Of a stretch of DNA of 64,000 nucleotides, positions 1-13,668 are shown in pieces. This DNA is from Eutreptiella sp. 'Long Island Sound 2002' (lineage: Eukaryota > Protista > Euglenida). The DNA lies in contig OZ038379.1 in assembly GCA_964036045.1 (NCBI GenBank), positions 22,630,001 through 22,694,000 of the forward strand, written 5' to 3'. Every line of letters begins with the position of its first letter. Positions within the stretch are counted from its first letter, which is position 1. The notes under the pieces are model-generated. The model did not search any database. It was not told the DNA's origin and saw nothing but the letters and a program-made list of their open reading frames with translations. The position numbers were made by a program, and so were the translations under genes.

Positions 1-509
1 GCCACTGGTGGTGATCCGGAGTGGGGTAGCTGACGCACTCTGAGGAGATCTTGAGCCCACAGTAACAGATCTATGCGTTTCCTCAAATGGGTGTTGCCAC
101 AGATAGATGTGTAGGTGCCCTCTCGCATGCGATGATGTGCGATTCGTGAAGGCTCCACAAGGGTGGCAGGGCATTTCATATCGGTCTGTAACTTGTTGCC
201 TTATGCCACTAGCACACCGCAACTTGGGGTTGCATTAGTGTACGTTTGAAGTGCCAAAGCCGGGTGTAAATGCTAATTGCATGTTGGCACATCGTAGACT
301 GCTGTGTTTGGCTGCCTGTCACGATTTTAGATGCAGCCCGAAGTCACAAATGTCGGGCTGCCATATGCAGCACAATGGACCCCCCCCGTCCTTCCTTTAT
401 AATTGGTTGGTCCCACACTGCCCATCAAATCGAAGTTCAATGCCAAACCAGTGATGATTGTCTCTCTGTCGGCCTGCACTCGGAAAGAATGGCAAGGGTG
501 TGTTCAGTG

Positions 510-962
510 CATACCTGAAGCTAACACCTGCCAAAACTTTTCTTGACACCTGCCGACTCCTGCCAAAAACTTTCTTGATACCTGCCGCCACCTGCCGGGT
601 TGTGTGGTGTGCATGCAAGCAGTGTGTTGTTGTTGATGTTACTGTTCTGTGGTCTGAGCGTACAGTATTGTGCCCTGTAGTCGCCGTCCTTGTACAGACT
701 TCAGATCATGTTTGCTATCTTTCAGCGAGGCCATCGGCCACACAATGGTTCTGTGGTCACAGCATACCCTGTGCTGCAAAAAGGCGCCTATGCCCATGTT
801 CTGTCTCTCTCTGTGTGTGTGTGTGCCGCATGTCTATCACCAGCCACATGTTTGACACCTGCCGACACCTGCCAAAAATTTTGCTGACACCTGCCGGCAC
901 CTGCCAAAAATTTTGCCGACACCTGCCGACACCTGCCATGGCAGGTGTTAGCTTCAGGTCTG
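510..962. mobile_element. hAT-type MITE, 453 bp
   Basis: 24-bp TIRs CATACCTGAAGCTAACACCTGCCA (510-533) and TGGCAGGTGTTAGCTTCAGGTCTG (939-962) with 1 mismatch; perfect 8-bp TSD GTTCAGTG at 502-509 and 963-970; many subterminal ACACCTGCC motifs. CA..TG ends with an 8-bp TSD are hAT hallmarks. Confidence 0.9.
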
Positions 963-1069
963 GTTCAGTGCTTCCTCATGATACAGAATTGTTTTGCCTT
1001 TGGCAGTTGTGTGCAGGATGCGAAGCACCACTTCGTGCCCGGTGCCTTGTTCTTTGCACGCACTGCTAG

Positions 1070-1370
1070 GGCCGCCAGGGCATCACCCAAACCATTTCTG
1101 CGCTGCAGAGCCTCACCCTCAAAGAGCTGGCGCTGCTGAAGAATCTTGCGGAGCTGCAGAAGCTGTCGCTTGCTTTTAAGGACAACTGCCTCTCGGGCTC
1201 TGACATAGGGCCCTTGGCGGAGCTCAAGGCATCCACCAGCCTCACAGACGCGTCGTTGGACTTGTCGGGCAACAGCATTGGGAAAGTGGGGCTGGAGGCA
1301 CTGATGGAGGTCTTGTATGCCCCGGCTCTATGCAAGTTCGAGTTGAATCTGGCAGAGGCACGACTCATAG
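1070..1370 (+). CDS. RNI-like LRR protein, first exon visible in the window (5' exons not found)
   Basis: Reads GRQGITQTISALQSLTLKELALLKNLAELQKLSLAFKDNCLSG...LDLSGNSIGKVGLEAL...FELNLAEARLIG. Acceptor TAG at 1067-69 (an in-frame CAG at 1076-78 is an alternative); donor GT at 1371, phase 1. The three exons total 1062 nt, i.e. 353 aa plus stop. Confidence 0.8.
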
Positions 1371-1877
1371 GTGCTGTGCTTGCTTCTAGGTTTTCTTGCC
1401 CTTGACATTTTGTCTGAAGGTGTGGTTGTGCCGCGCAAGCCCAGGCCTCTTCCACAGCCTTTTTTTTGTATTTAAAAAAGGCGACAACACCATCACATAC
1501 CCCCATATCGTACCGTGCAGTTTTATGACCCTGAGCATTTGGTTAGATTGGATCATTGAGATGAGAGAATTGTCTTCAGCTGTGCGACGGGAGTTCATGT
1601 GTTGGATAGTTGAGACCCCAGCCCGGCATCAGGTGGAACCTCATGGCGGTTGATGGTTTGTGGTGGGCTGACGGCGGTCGATGGTTGACAGTCAGCTGGT
1701 TGGCAGGTTGCCCCACAGCAGTTGCTGGTTGATCGACAGTTTCTTAACCTTCCGATTTTAAAGCACTTGTCTAGGCCGGCCGAGGGCCACACACCATCGT
1801 CGGGTTCTTCCCCAGTCTGTTCCAGTCTGCCACCTCCATTTACCCGCTCTTCATATTCACATTCCGCATGCCCACAG

Positions 1878-2084
1878 GCGGTGTCGTCCAAGCTTTGCTG
1901 CCCCTCTGCATCGCCCCGCACTTGCACACACTGCACCTCAACCTCATGGACAACTTACTGGGGGCCCGCTGCCACACGCCGCGCACGGACGATCACCCTG
2001 ATACGGAGGCATTGGGGGCGTTGGGTCAAGCCCCGTCGCTGCGGACCTTGAGCATTAACCTGAGCTTCAACCGCATTGGACCAG
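1878..2084 (+). CDS. RNI-like LRR protein, internal exon
   Basis: CACAG|GC acceptor and CCAG|GT donor, phase 1 at both ends; LHTLHLNLMDNLLG and LRTLSINLSFNRIG repeats. Confidence 0.85.
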
Positions 2085-4490
2085 GTATTGCCCGGAAGGA
2101 AGACTTGAGAACCTCCATCATTTTGTGCAAAGTGCCCCCACCATTTTCTTGCTCGCACTCAACACCCTACCACTTTCCTGCTCATTGACCCCGTTGCCCC
2201 ACATTTGCTCTGCAAATGACTGAATGTGAAGCCTGTCAGCGCTGGCAGGTGCCCGTGCGCGACAAGGGCAGAAGGCTGCAATTGGGGGCAGTGGGACGGA
2301 CAGACCACTCTGATGCACACATTCCTGGAATGGGGGCCTGATTCCCCCGGTTCACCCTCTTTGTTTGCCCGACTCAGTGGGTTACAGGATTGAACACCAG
2401 AGGCATTTTAGGGTGTAGTTGGTGGGAAATGTTTTGGTGCATGTGCATTTTGTTTGTACACAGATTAACAGTGATTTCTGATGGCAAAGCGTGCTGTTTG
2501 TTGCTGCGCGGGGTCAGAGTTGACATTTGTCGCCGACCTTGGTGGTGATCAAGCCCTATTTGCAGCACCACACCCTCACCCTTCAACAAAGGAGAAGTCA
2601 TGTACACTGTGTTTGCGTCACGTTCAACCGTCCCTTTTTTTTTGCCACAACAACAAGCCTCAGAAGTACCCGTTTCCTGAACGTTAGCGGCACACTATGG
2701 TGTCATCTTTGACACTTGTGCTGCACTATCTGCATGTGAGCTCACCCAAGGGGGCCATTGCAGTGTCCAAGACTCCACCCGCACTCCCCTGAATTCAATC
2801 TATTTTCCTAAAATTGTGGCCCCCGATTCATTGGCCCAATTCTGTGAAAATCTCCCCCAAATTTTGGGGTTGCTTCCCCCACCCAACGACACTCCACTCC
2901 CCCGCCCTGGAGAACGATTGCCCCAGAACCCGGAGGCATGCTTTCACAAAACACGCGTTGAACTGAAAGTACATACCGGCATACCTACTCCGGTACCAAA
3001 GCCTGCCTGGGGGTAAGCATTATGAAAGCATGGCGGCGTACATACATTTGAGCGCTATGAGAAGGCCATACCTCACTTTTGCAGTCGCTGAGGACACACT
3101 CTCTCCAATTTTTTGATAAGCGTCCCGGTCATGACACTATCTACACCACTGTACACAGGAGTTGATGTGGCAATAGCACCTCATGTTCCCCCGCTCGCAC
3201 CGTCGTCTGCACCTCGTCTCACCTCCGTGCACCAGCTATGCCCCTAGTTTTGGGGCCCAGCATGCCAAGAACGCACGGTTGCAGCGCTCTGCCTCCCATG
3301 CCATCCAATCCCCTGCCAGTGCAGGCAGAGGGCCAACAGTCAGTTACTCCCAGTTTGGGGGGCACCCTCCACCACAAATGATGTAGGAATGGTAGCACAG
3401 GGCACCAGCTTTCCAGATAAGCAAGGGTTACCCATACGTGGCATGTTGCGTTGCCAGGCAGGAAAGTCGGGGGTTTTCCGTCTAGGCTGAGTAAGTGCTT
3501 GAAGGCGTGTGTGCCCAAGTTGGTGCCCCAATGGGAGAGCCATCTCCGATTGGTGGCGGGGAGGTACATTGGCAGCGGACCTACCTAGGGGCTATTGGGT
3601 TGGGTTTACTGACCAACGACAACACTTTGGGCCCACCGGGGCGCCGGCTCCTCAACCCTCCCTCCCCTCCCCCCCAATAGCCCTGGGGATCATTTAACAA
3701 CGAGATGTGTTGCTCATGTTCACTAAGGACCGCCCCTGAAGCCAGAAGCCAATAGGCCAATATTTAACTGCCAACCACAGGCGGTTATTGGCCAATTTTT
3801 TGTTCTCTAATTACCGACTGCGGGTTCATATGCCCCTGCCACAGCCCCCCCCCCCCCCCAAACAACCCCAGCCCAGTGCACACCCATATACCACGGGGGT
3901 AGACAGAAGGGTTGCATTGCCCAGGGGATCGTCTTTGTGAATTGCACAGTGCCGCGCACTTGGCTCCCGCTGTACCTGCCATCCACCGCCTTTATGGCCG
4001 CGCGTTCACTTGGGTCTTAGCATTGGGGTCTCATGGGCCCACAACAGCAGTCTCATCTCTGTGCCATTGAATAGGACAAGGAAGTCGGCTTCATGGTCGT
4101 GGGAGGCTCGGCCTCAGCCCCCAAATATGTGCTCCCTCTTGCTCCCTCATGCCCGTGGCATACATTCTCCAAAAGGGTGCTACACTCTGCTCCACTCCAC
4201 TACACTACACTACACTGCACCACACTACAAGTAGCTGTTTTGGTCTGAGTGGGACCGTGCATTTGGAGCATATGGTGGCACCCCCCCCCCCCCACCCTGA
4301 GGGGTGGGGTGCCATAAAGGCTCAGTTTGTGTGTTGGTTGGTGCCTCTGGGTGTACGCATTGGTTTAGAAATAAACGATCTACATTACTGGTAATATGTG
4401 AGAGTGGGACCCGCCCAACCCCAACTCCAGGGGGCAGCTGGTCAATGAGGGTTGGGGGGTTGCATGCACTGGTGCAGTTTGCGAATGCCC

Positions 4491-6274
4491 TGGGCAAGCC
4501 GGTAACAAATGGGGGGGGTGGGGGCCCGGAGCAATTTACGCTGTAAATTACGTAAATTTTCGTAAATTCCTCGAAAAGTGGCATAAATTCCCGTAAATTT
4601 TTGTAAATTGGGTGTAAATTAGGGGTTTTACATGGTTTGCTTGCTATTGCCGGCACTTGCAAATATTTGTGAGCTAGATTTGCGTCCACTTTGGAATGTA
4701 AAATGCCCCTTCCTTGTGGCAGAGTCTGCAAGGGCTATGTAGCCAATTCGACGAATCCGGCAAGACGAGTGAAGATCCCTGCCTCGAGCTTTTCCCCGGC
4801 TCGAGAAGGAGACATTTAGGGGCATTCTTTCTTTCTTTGCTCTCACGTGCTTTGCGTGCCATTTTGTGTACTTACAAATATTCCTGAACAAGATTTGTGT
4901 CCATTGTCATATGCAAACTTTGTTGATGCCCGTTTCCTATGCCAATCGCAGCTCCCAGTCCCCCAAAGCCCTGCCGGCACCGCCAAGGACCCTATCTTGG
5001 TGAAAGGGGAGGAGGAGGAGGAGGAGGAGGAGGAGGAGGACGAGGAGGAGGAGGAGGACGAGGAGGAGGAGGAGGACGAGGAGGAGGAGGAGGAGGAGGA
5101 GGAGGAGGAGGAGGAGGAGGAGGAGGATGACAAGGAGGAGGAGGAGGAGGAGGAGGAGAGGGAGCGAAGGGAGTGGCTGCATGGGCAGCAGCACGATAGT
5201 TGGAAGGTGAGGGAGATGGAGGGCAGTGAGTGGCCCCCCTAAGCACTTGTGCATGTGCATGGGCATGAGCATGGGCATGTTGTGTGGGGGCATGTATACA
5301 TGCGTGCATGAATGAATGAATGAAATGTAAACTAATCTTAACCCAATGTGTGTACCTTGATCTTTCCACCCTCATCTCTAACCCACACACTCGAAACCAA
5401 CAACATACAACCAAAACTAACGAATGTACCCCCCCCCCCCAACCCCCCCCCCCCATACTTGTATAGTGCTAAAAGAGGGGCAGTGCGGGTAAAAAAAGAA
5501 ATGTTTTTAGGAGTGAAGAGTTACTGAGGCCCCCAGAAAAGATTTAAAAAAAAACCGCACAAGGTCCAAAAAAAAAATCTGTACGGACCGAATTGTTGAC
5601 ACAATGGGGCAGTTCGGCAAAAAAAAAATTTGCCAGGCCCCCAAAAAAGAAAAAAAAGAGGCCGAACAAAAAGGAGTCAAAAAAAAAAATAGTGAAGAAG
5701 ACTCTAGCGTCAACCAAGCGCCAAGTATCCATGCTCTTTTCCTAACCCTCACCCAACAACCTTTCGGCCTTTCCCTTGTTTGGAATGCACCAAAAAGTCA
5801 GTTGCCCAATTAGTAGTGTTTTTGAGGGACGGGACACGTTTTTAACTCAAGCCCGGGTCCATGGTGCAATCCCCAACCCCATACCCCCCCCCCCCCCAAC
5901 CCCCGGCAGTCCATGGGCAGACCCACAAAAAAAAACCCTAGCTGTCGGTATATATAAGTATGTATCCACACACATTCTTTTCTAATCCAAACACCAAACC
6001 AATCATTTAAGCGGTGAGAAAACGCCACTTCGGGTGACAAGGCCGAAGCAACTAACCTTCAAAACATTGAGTTCCTCTGTTTTGAGTTGTTGAGGTTGGT
6101 CGAGCTGTTGAGTGACACCGTCCGTTCTACTAATTTACACCATTTCTTGGGAATTTACGCCACTTTTCTTGGGAATTTACGCCCGTTTGGGGAAAAATTT
6201 ACACCCATTTACGCAACCTGGGGGCCGGGGGCCGAAACGCCTGTAAACCCCCGTAAATTACCGGCTTGGCCCTA
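4491..6274. mobile_element. hAT-like non-autonomous element in LRR intron
   Basis: Imperfect TIRs TGGGC-AAGCCGGTAA (4491) and TTACCGGCTTGGCCCTA (ending 6274); inverted subterminal arrays of GTAAATT/AATTTAC at 4530-4625 and 6130-6260; no convincing TSD. Confidence 0.55.
5009..5159. repeat. (GAG)n trinucleotide microsatellite with GAC interruptions
   Basis: Visible directly; it produces the poly-Glu, poly-Ser, poly-Leu, poly-Gly and poly-Pro ORFs in the track. Confidence 0.95.
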
Positions 6275-6420
6275 GCATATGAATGTGGGTGCGAGGTGTG
6301 TAGCCCCACGCCCCCTCAACAACCTATTACCGAGGCCCCAACACACGCCCCTTGGGCAACGACCTTGGGCAACGCCCAGACATGTCTCGCCGTTTGACCA
6401 CACGTCCTCCGCATGCGCAG

Positions 6421-6974
6421 GTGATATACCCAGCCTTCTGGCCCTGCGACGTGCCCCCGCCCTCCAGACACTCTGCCTGGACCTGAGCTTCAACTCCCTC
6501 GGGGGCCCCGACATCGACGCTCTCGCGCTTCTCGCCGAGGCCCCGAACCTCCACAGCCTCGATCTCAACCTCAAAGGGACGCAGCTGGTGGCCGGCACTG
6601 CGCAGCCCTTGGCCTTCCTGCAGCGCGCCCCCGGCCTCCACACCCTCCGCCTGCAGCTGGCGAACAATCTTCTCGGCGCCATCGACGCGCGCGCGCTCGC
6701 GACTCTCCGCAGCAGCCCGAGCCTCCGTGTCCTCCATTTGGACCTCAGCCGGAATTGGCTCGGCGAGGGTGGGGTGCGGATGCTGCGGGCGCTGCAGGAC
6801 GGCGCGGGGCAGCTCCGCGAGGTGACGGTGGACGTGTTCGCGAACGAGTTCCGGCGGGAGGGCGCAGCGGCGCTGGCGACGTCGCCGGAGGTGCGGGCCT
6901 GGTACACGGAGGCGCGCTCGGCGGCGCGGAGGAGCGCACACAGCGGGGGGTGCACTGGATGCGACCTGGACTGA
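6421..6974 (+). CDS. RNI-like LRR protein, last exon
   Basis: GCGCAG|GT GAT acceptor at phase 1; about 6 repeats of LxxLxLxLxxNxLG type (LQTLCLDLSFNSLG, LHTLRLQLANNLLG, LRVLHLDLSRNWLG); strong GC3 bias; TGA at 6972-74. Confidence 0.9.
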
Positions 6975-9365
6975 GGAGGAGGAGGGGGCGAGGGGCCACC
7001 AACATGTGCGCCCTGGATGGGGCTGCACGCCCTCAGGGGGTCCCACTGCGCGGGCCTTTGGGGGAGGGAGACTCAGGGCCTAGCCTCAGAGGCGGGGCAC
7101 GGGGTCTGCAAACGCGATTCGAGGGCCAGGCCCATGGACAACGGTCTGTACCCATGGCCTCGGGGGCCCTCCAGAGCGTGGCGATTGATGGAGTTGTTTG
7201 CTCCGGGGGCACCCCCCGAGGGACGCCTCTTCGGGCCTCGTCTGGACTGGGGCTCTTGGCGAGGACGAGGACGAGGACGAGGAGGGGGAGGGGGCATATC
7301 TACGACCCGCGGCAGAGACGCAACGTCGTGCGGCATGTCCGGGGGGGGGGATAAGCCATGAAGGCCCAACAAGCAATGGGCCCAGCCCTGTGCAAGATAC
7401 ATGTTTGCGGGCACACTACCTCTGGGCCCACTGCCGGTACACAGGGCACGTCAGAGGGCCCGACGAGGCATGACTAAGTCTGCCGGCCAGCCGTCCGTCC
7501 ATGCCCCTCATCCAGGCCTATGCCCACACCCTGACCGCCTGAGCCTGCGTACACATGACCAGAGGATAGACAGTCCCTGTGAATGGGGCCCCCAGAAGGC
7601 CGACTCCTGTCCAGCAGAGCCGTCCACCGGGAGTGCCTGGAACCCGTCGACTCGGGGGCGCATCAGTGACATCAGGTGCATATGTTGCTTCTTTCTTTTG
7701 GGACTTGAGAAGGAACGCAGGGCCTCATGTTGTGGGGCCTCAGGTGGCGGCTGGTCAGCCCAAGGCCTCTGCAGGGGTGGGGCAAGGGGGGTCACCCGTG
7801 ATGCAGGACGGACACAGGATGTGTGGGGGGTTGGGGGCGGTGCACGAGCGACCGTGCGCTGGAGCAGGCTGATCATGCGGCGTTATGGCAGCGCACAGCC
7901 CCAAGGGTACGCCTGCCACTGAGACCACACGTCTTGCGCTTCTGCCGCGCGGGCCCACGCTGATGCAAAATGGCACAACAGCCTTCGGCCCCGCGGGGAC
8001 CAAGGGGGTGGGGCTGGGGGTGGGGCCTAACCGGAAGTGCATGTTCGTGGGGTGAGAGTGGGATACCTGTGATTTTGTGTGTTTGTTGGGGGGGAGGGGG
8101 CGTTTCAAAAGGTGCATGGGTGGGGCATAAACCAGTGCTGAAACAAAGCACCAAAGGAGTGGTGATCCCCCTCTCCCCATGACTCACCTCGATCAAGAAG
8201 CAAATCATACCAACGACATGGCACGGCACACCGGTGGTATTTGCACAAACCGCCCACCCATTTTGGAATACCTCCCCCCCCTCCCCAGCGTTTTCTGAGG
8301 AACTTTTCCGCCATGATACAACGCCGAAGCTTATATATCCTCCCGGCGTCCGCCATTCCAATGACACGGCTGGGCTCATGATAACGCCCCAACACTTGTC
8401 AATTAATCACGTTGAAGCGGATGGTTTTGCACATGTCACTGGGATCATGTACAGCGGCCATCCACCATCTCGTGGCCCAGATGGCCTTGAGGCGTATCCG
8501 AGGGGTTCCCCGAGTTGGAGTCCACTCTGTTCAGCTGATTTGGGGGGCCTTTGTGCAGCGGGTGTAGATAGTGCCGTGACCGGGATACATCGTCAGGAAA
8601 AGCCCAAGATGATGTATCCAAAGCGACGGCAAAGTGGGGTATGGCCTCCTCGTAGCCCTCAAATGTGTGCACGATGGCACCTTTCAATGCTGTACCTCAG
8701 GCGAGCCTTGGCGCTAAGTTCCGTGGTACGTTCGGTGTTCATGTGCCAGGTAGGCCTAGTACCCGTGCCAAGGGGTAGTGCGGTTTCTGTTCGTGTGTTT
8801 TCCAGGGGTTTATCCTGCACTGCGGCTGTTTCCTTTTTCTCCCGCACTCGAGTGTTCGATGCCCGCCTACCCTTCGTCCCCCTTGCGCAGACATCGCCTT
8901 GTCAAGACAACTCCCGGGGGTTTGTTTCCGCACCGTTTGGGACCACGGATGACTGGGAATGGATGCCGGCGGCTTTGCTGTACATTTGGGCTGTCTGAAG
9001 GCGCGTGGTGCACGCCCCACAGCGGTCCATTTCCGGGTGCAATGCGCTGAGCATGTGTGTCATGCAGTCATGCGCATACAACCCGCTGTCCAGACAGCAC
9101 TGACTGCTGTTTCCGCAGCTTTTGGTGCCTTTTGGGCGTTGTGTGCGCTGCGGAGGGGCAGAGCGGTGCCACTGTCGTCACAGGGATGGCCTGCTTCCAC
9201 ACTCCCGTGGCCCATGCTCCTGACGTTGGTCACCGGCCGTGCATGAGCCCTACGATGGTGCCCCTGGATTGTGGCCATACCTCAGCTAATGGCCATTGCC
9301 TTTGGTGCAGACGTTTGCCTCTCGAGGGACCTGTGTCGTGAAGCATTGTCAAGCATGTTGATGGC

Positions 9366-9414
<49 letters not shown>

Positions 9415-9420
9415 TGTGTG
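9366..9420. repeat. (CT)n(GT)n compound microsatellite
   Basis: Visible directly. Confidence 0.95.
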
Positions 9421-12400
9421 ATTGCTCTATTAGACGAGTTTTGACACTCGGATGCCCTGTTTTGCTGCTCTGTGTATCTCGTCGTCTTGCATACGTACTG
9501 GAGGTGCGCGTGCGTGTGCATCCCCCTGGTTACCCGGTGATGTGTGGTATTTAGGCTCCAAAGTATCAGACAGGCTTTGTCCCGCTAATGCCGACCTGTT
9601 TCTGGTTCTTGTAGTGGAGCAGGGCGGGGATGACTGGCGTGCTGGGCCGGCTGGGGCCTAACCCTAGCAGGATGATGAATGGGTTCTTATCTGTACAGGC
9701 GTGGGGTTAAGCTACGCTGCTACAAGCTGTCAAGAGACCTTCACCCTGGGAGACCCGGCCTGGCCGGGTGTTTGCGTGCCTGTTTCACTTCTCTACACTA
9801 CAGAAAGGTGCCTTGTGTGGCGTTAAGTCTCTTGTTTGACCTTGCACCTGACGGGGGTTCTGTACCCTCAGGCTGCGTTTTACCCCTGCCTATTTATCAC
9901 GTTCGACGTGTACATGTGTGCGTGCGTGCAATCGTCTCTGCCTACTCTGACCTCGGGGTTATTTTCATCTGGCGCGACGGATTTTTTGTACAGTATTCGA
10001 TTATTATGATTGTGACATCTTACTGAAGACATTTCGTTTTGCTTCTGGGTGTGTCTCAGTCGTGTGTGCGCGCGCGCGTGCGTGCGTGCGTGCGTGCATG
10101 CGTGTGTGTACTGTGACCCTGGGTGTTTGCATGCGGTGGAACGCCGATTGGTATGTCATTACTAGAATATTATGGATCATCTAAGGATGCAGATGTTGGA
10201 ATATTTTCTGCAATGAGCTTATCTTGAAGTTAACAAAGCTCACAGGGTGTCTGCCGCAACTGACCCTGTTTCATGTGCACAAAAGTGCATCGAAGCTTGA
10301 CATGGCAGGACCCGTGGCCGCACCTGCCTTTGGTCCTGAAATGGTCGTTGACTCTTGCTTAGGGTAGATGAGGCTTGTAGAAATCGTATCGGGGAAAGCA
10401 AAGGGTTTAGAGGACTGGTGAAGGTGTTTGCAGTTGTTGAGGATTGCTGTTTTAGGGGCTCGACCTGTCCCAAGGCCAAACCCTAACAATCCTCAACAAG
10501 CGGATGAGGACATCGAGGGTTCGCCCTTTTTTTTTGCCCAGATTTTTGACTGATGGCACGGTCACTGTGTTCGAAGAGAGCAGCACACGACACAGTCCCC
10601 TCCGCTCTACCTCTTCGCCAAAGCAATGGTGGTTGTAGCTGCCTTCACCCCCTGTCAGGGTAGAGCCGTTGACTACAGAGCTCACAGGGTGCCCAAGCCC
10701 GTGAGCCAAGTGGTTCGCAGCGCTTCACGTTTCGAATCACTGGGACGTTCATTTCCAGGTCTCCAGGTATGCCCCTTGCCAAAAAGGTGGCTGATTGCAG
10801 ATTGTTAATTTTGCTGCCCTCCACAAACTCTAATTATTGCCCATGGGAGCTGCAGGTCTAGCAGCAATAAGGACGACTATTGCAGAATGCAGAATATACA
10901 AACGCACTAAAATGCTGCTGATTGGCCCCGAGGCCTTCCGTTTTCCATTTCGTACTCGTTTCGTGCTCTGATGGTCCCCAGCTGATACGAAAGGGCCGAA
11001 GTGAGTTTCGTTGAGGGGACGGTTGGGACAGAAAGCCACAGATGTACAGTTTGTGCCCCCTTTTTTTCCAGTTTGATGCATGTCCCATGGGTTGGAGTTG
11101 TAAATACGGGCTTTATTGCAAGTGCAATGCGCACCGCCCCGTGTGCGCGTTTTCTTCCTATTGCACGGTATCTGTTGCGCATGCTGCCCACCCATTGCGT
11201 TTTGCACTTATTTGAGGTGCCCATCCAAGGCTGCAGCCTGACATGTCTCTATCATGGACTGTATTTATATCAGTGTTGCCAAAAGATCAATGCCATATCT
11301 GACGATGGAACTGAGAGGAAGGAATGTGTCAGGGGGTGATCTTGTTGATGACACCCCAAAATTCTGCGTTCTGCAGGCAGTGTAATTGACCGCATGATTT
11401 TATGGTGCCCCGTTTGAAGGGTGTATGAGGTGACCTCCCCTTGGGCTGGCCTGGCACCGTGACATTCAAAAAGCCATTTCATTTTTCGGCCCTTTGGAGT
11501 TTCCGGATACAGCAAGGGTTGCGTAGCCATTGCACTTCTCTCCCCTCTGGGTTTCCCCGAGACGGCAATGGGTACGTAGCCATTTCAGTTCTCTCTGGTT
11601 TGGAGTTCCCGGAGACAGTGGGGTTACTGCAACCATTTCATTTCTGTGCGGTAGGAATTCCCCGACATGTCAGAAAAAGGAGCATGGGCTGCACTGAAGG
11701 CGCCCAGGGGCCTTGAGTGTGCACCCAAACAACATCTCCACTGTTCTGATTCCTTACGTACCACATGTTTGCAATACCTATCCCTGTCATGTGTTGCTGT
11801 TGCACTCTTTTTGTGCATCCACCCCCCCCCTTCCCCTGCGCAACCACCGGCTTGTCCAAGCACAGGACCCCGTCTGACCGGCTGCCGGTCGTTTGGGTGG
11901 TTTTGATAGCAGTTTTTGTGGTCAGAAATGTGACGTCACGCGGTTGTGCTCCGGTTGTAGAGAAAAAAGGGCGCTGGATCATACTTGTGGTGGTTCCTCC
12001 TGCTCATACCAACACTCTGCTTGCAACTGCAACCCAATGCTGTTGGTTTTGATGCGAATTTCAGTCATGGCCAATGTTGATATTGCGGGCATGGCTGTTA
12101 CGTACATCCGGTCCACCGGTGAACATGTGCCTGCCATCATTATTGGTCCTTCTACTCGCGCAAGGTTGGAAAGGGCTTCTATTCCACAGCTCCTGATGCC
12201 CTTGATGCGCAGTGAGGACGTCCAGAACATGCTGAAATTTGCGTGCACATTGTATTCGGTGCCCTGTTGCGACAATTGTGGTCAGCGTGAGGTATGGGCA
12301 GGTGTTCGAGGTGTGTGGTGCTCAAGCACGGGCTTGTCTAAGCATGGGACTGGCCGGGCGCTAATATGATGTCTTGCGCTCGCTTTTCTATTTGAGCCAT

Positions 12401-13525
12401 CGACCGTGCCCGCATTGGAATTATCGTTCTCTGCACGTCTCGTGCACGCCCCTCTCTTCACATGTTGTCCTCCGCAAGCCGCCGCAGTGCTAAGGAGGTA
12501 CGTACTGCCCACCAGACCACAGGGAAGCCGGTCTAGACCTCTACTGACTCTCAACAAATTGTGTCACTGTCCCCTCTAAGCCAACCCGACCTCATACTAC
12601 TACAAGATGAATGTTGGATATCCTCTGGCATTTTGGATGTGGACACAATATCGTCAAAGTTTTCAATTCCCCAAGGGGTCTCGTCCGTTGATGCTATGAG
12701 AAAAATCTTTTACGGCAGTCCGCCATCCCTGCTGTTGGTGCACCCTCTCGAGGAAATGGAAGTGGAATAAGATTGTCGATCAGCTTGTGTCTCAATTGAC
12801 CACTTTGGGGAATCCGGATGTGCTGTTGTATAACGGGGGCACCTTAAGCGCAATGCGCGTGCAGTGCACGCGCAGTGCAACTATTTGGGCGTTTGGCCTT
12901 AATAGAAACCCATACTTTTTGGTACTTTGGGCATCATTGTTGTTTGGTAGTAGGTTTTGATGCATTGGGGATCTGGCATTTTTGGATGTTCACCCTGTTT
13001 CACCCATTTCTACTTTTTTGCACACATTTTTTACCCATTTCCACCACATCTACTCTTTTTCTCGGTTGATTGATATGGTGATACACTTTGAGGGTGCCTG
13101 CTAGAGGACATCCTACTTTGCTCCTCATTTCTCAGGCCCACTTTCTCCATGGATCTTAGTATTGGGGACAGGGTGTTCTACACCTGCTCCAATGGCCTGC
13201 GACCTCCTGCCACGGTGGTTGGGACTGCCGAAGACGGACTCCTCCACTCGGAATAGCCCCCCCCCCCCCCCTGTATAAGCTATGCCCTTGTCCAAGCTAC
13301 AGTAGGCGTAGGGACCGTATTAATATGGGACCTAATTTTAATTCGGTACCAAACGTAGTGCAGCCACATAAGACATGGGTTTGGTGACGAATTTGCGAGT
13401 CACATAGAGTCATGGATACATTTGTTGTGAGTGCTTGCCCACTTGGACTGACATAGCTCTTGCGCTAGCTCACCATGCAATCCTCTCTTTTTGAACCCGG
13501 GCGCCCGGTGTCGGTAGTTGTATGT

Positions 13526-13668
13526 GGGAATGCCATGCACGCAGTGCGCACGCAGTGCAAAGTTTTGGATGTCGGCAAATACTCGAACCCTAGTTTTGGC
13601 CCCTTTTCACAAGTTTTTGGTTCCGTACCAGGGTTTTTTTGGCTTCCCAAGCATTTAGGATGTGGCAC
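13526..13668 (+). repeat. ~143-bp repeat, inverted partner at 20539-20682
   Basis: GGGAATGCCATGCACGCAGTGCGC...GATGTGGCAC matches the reverse complement of 20539-20682 with scattered mismatches. Confidence 0.85.

Noticed and set aside
4843-5456. Poly-Ser, poly-Glu, poly-Leu, poly-Gly and poly-Pro ORFs
   Set aside because: Translations of the (GAG)n microsatellite inside an intron; no splice or domain support.
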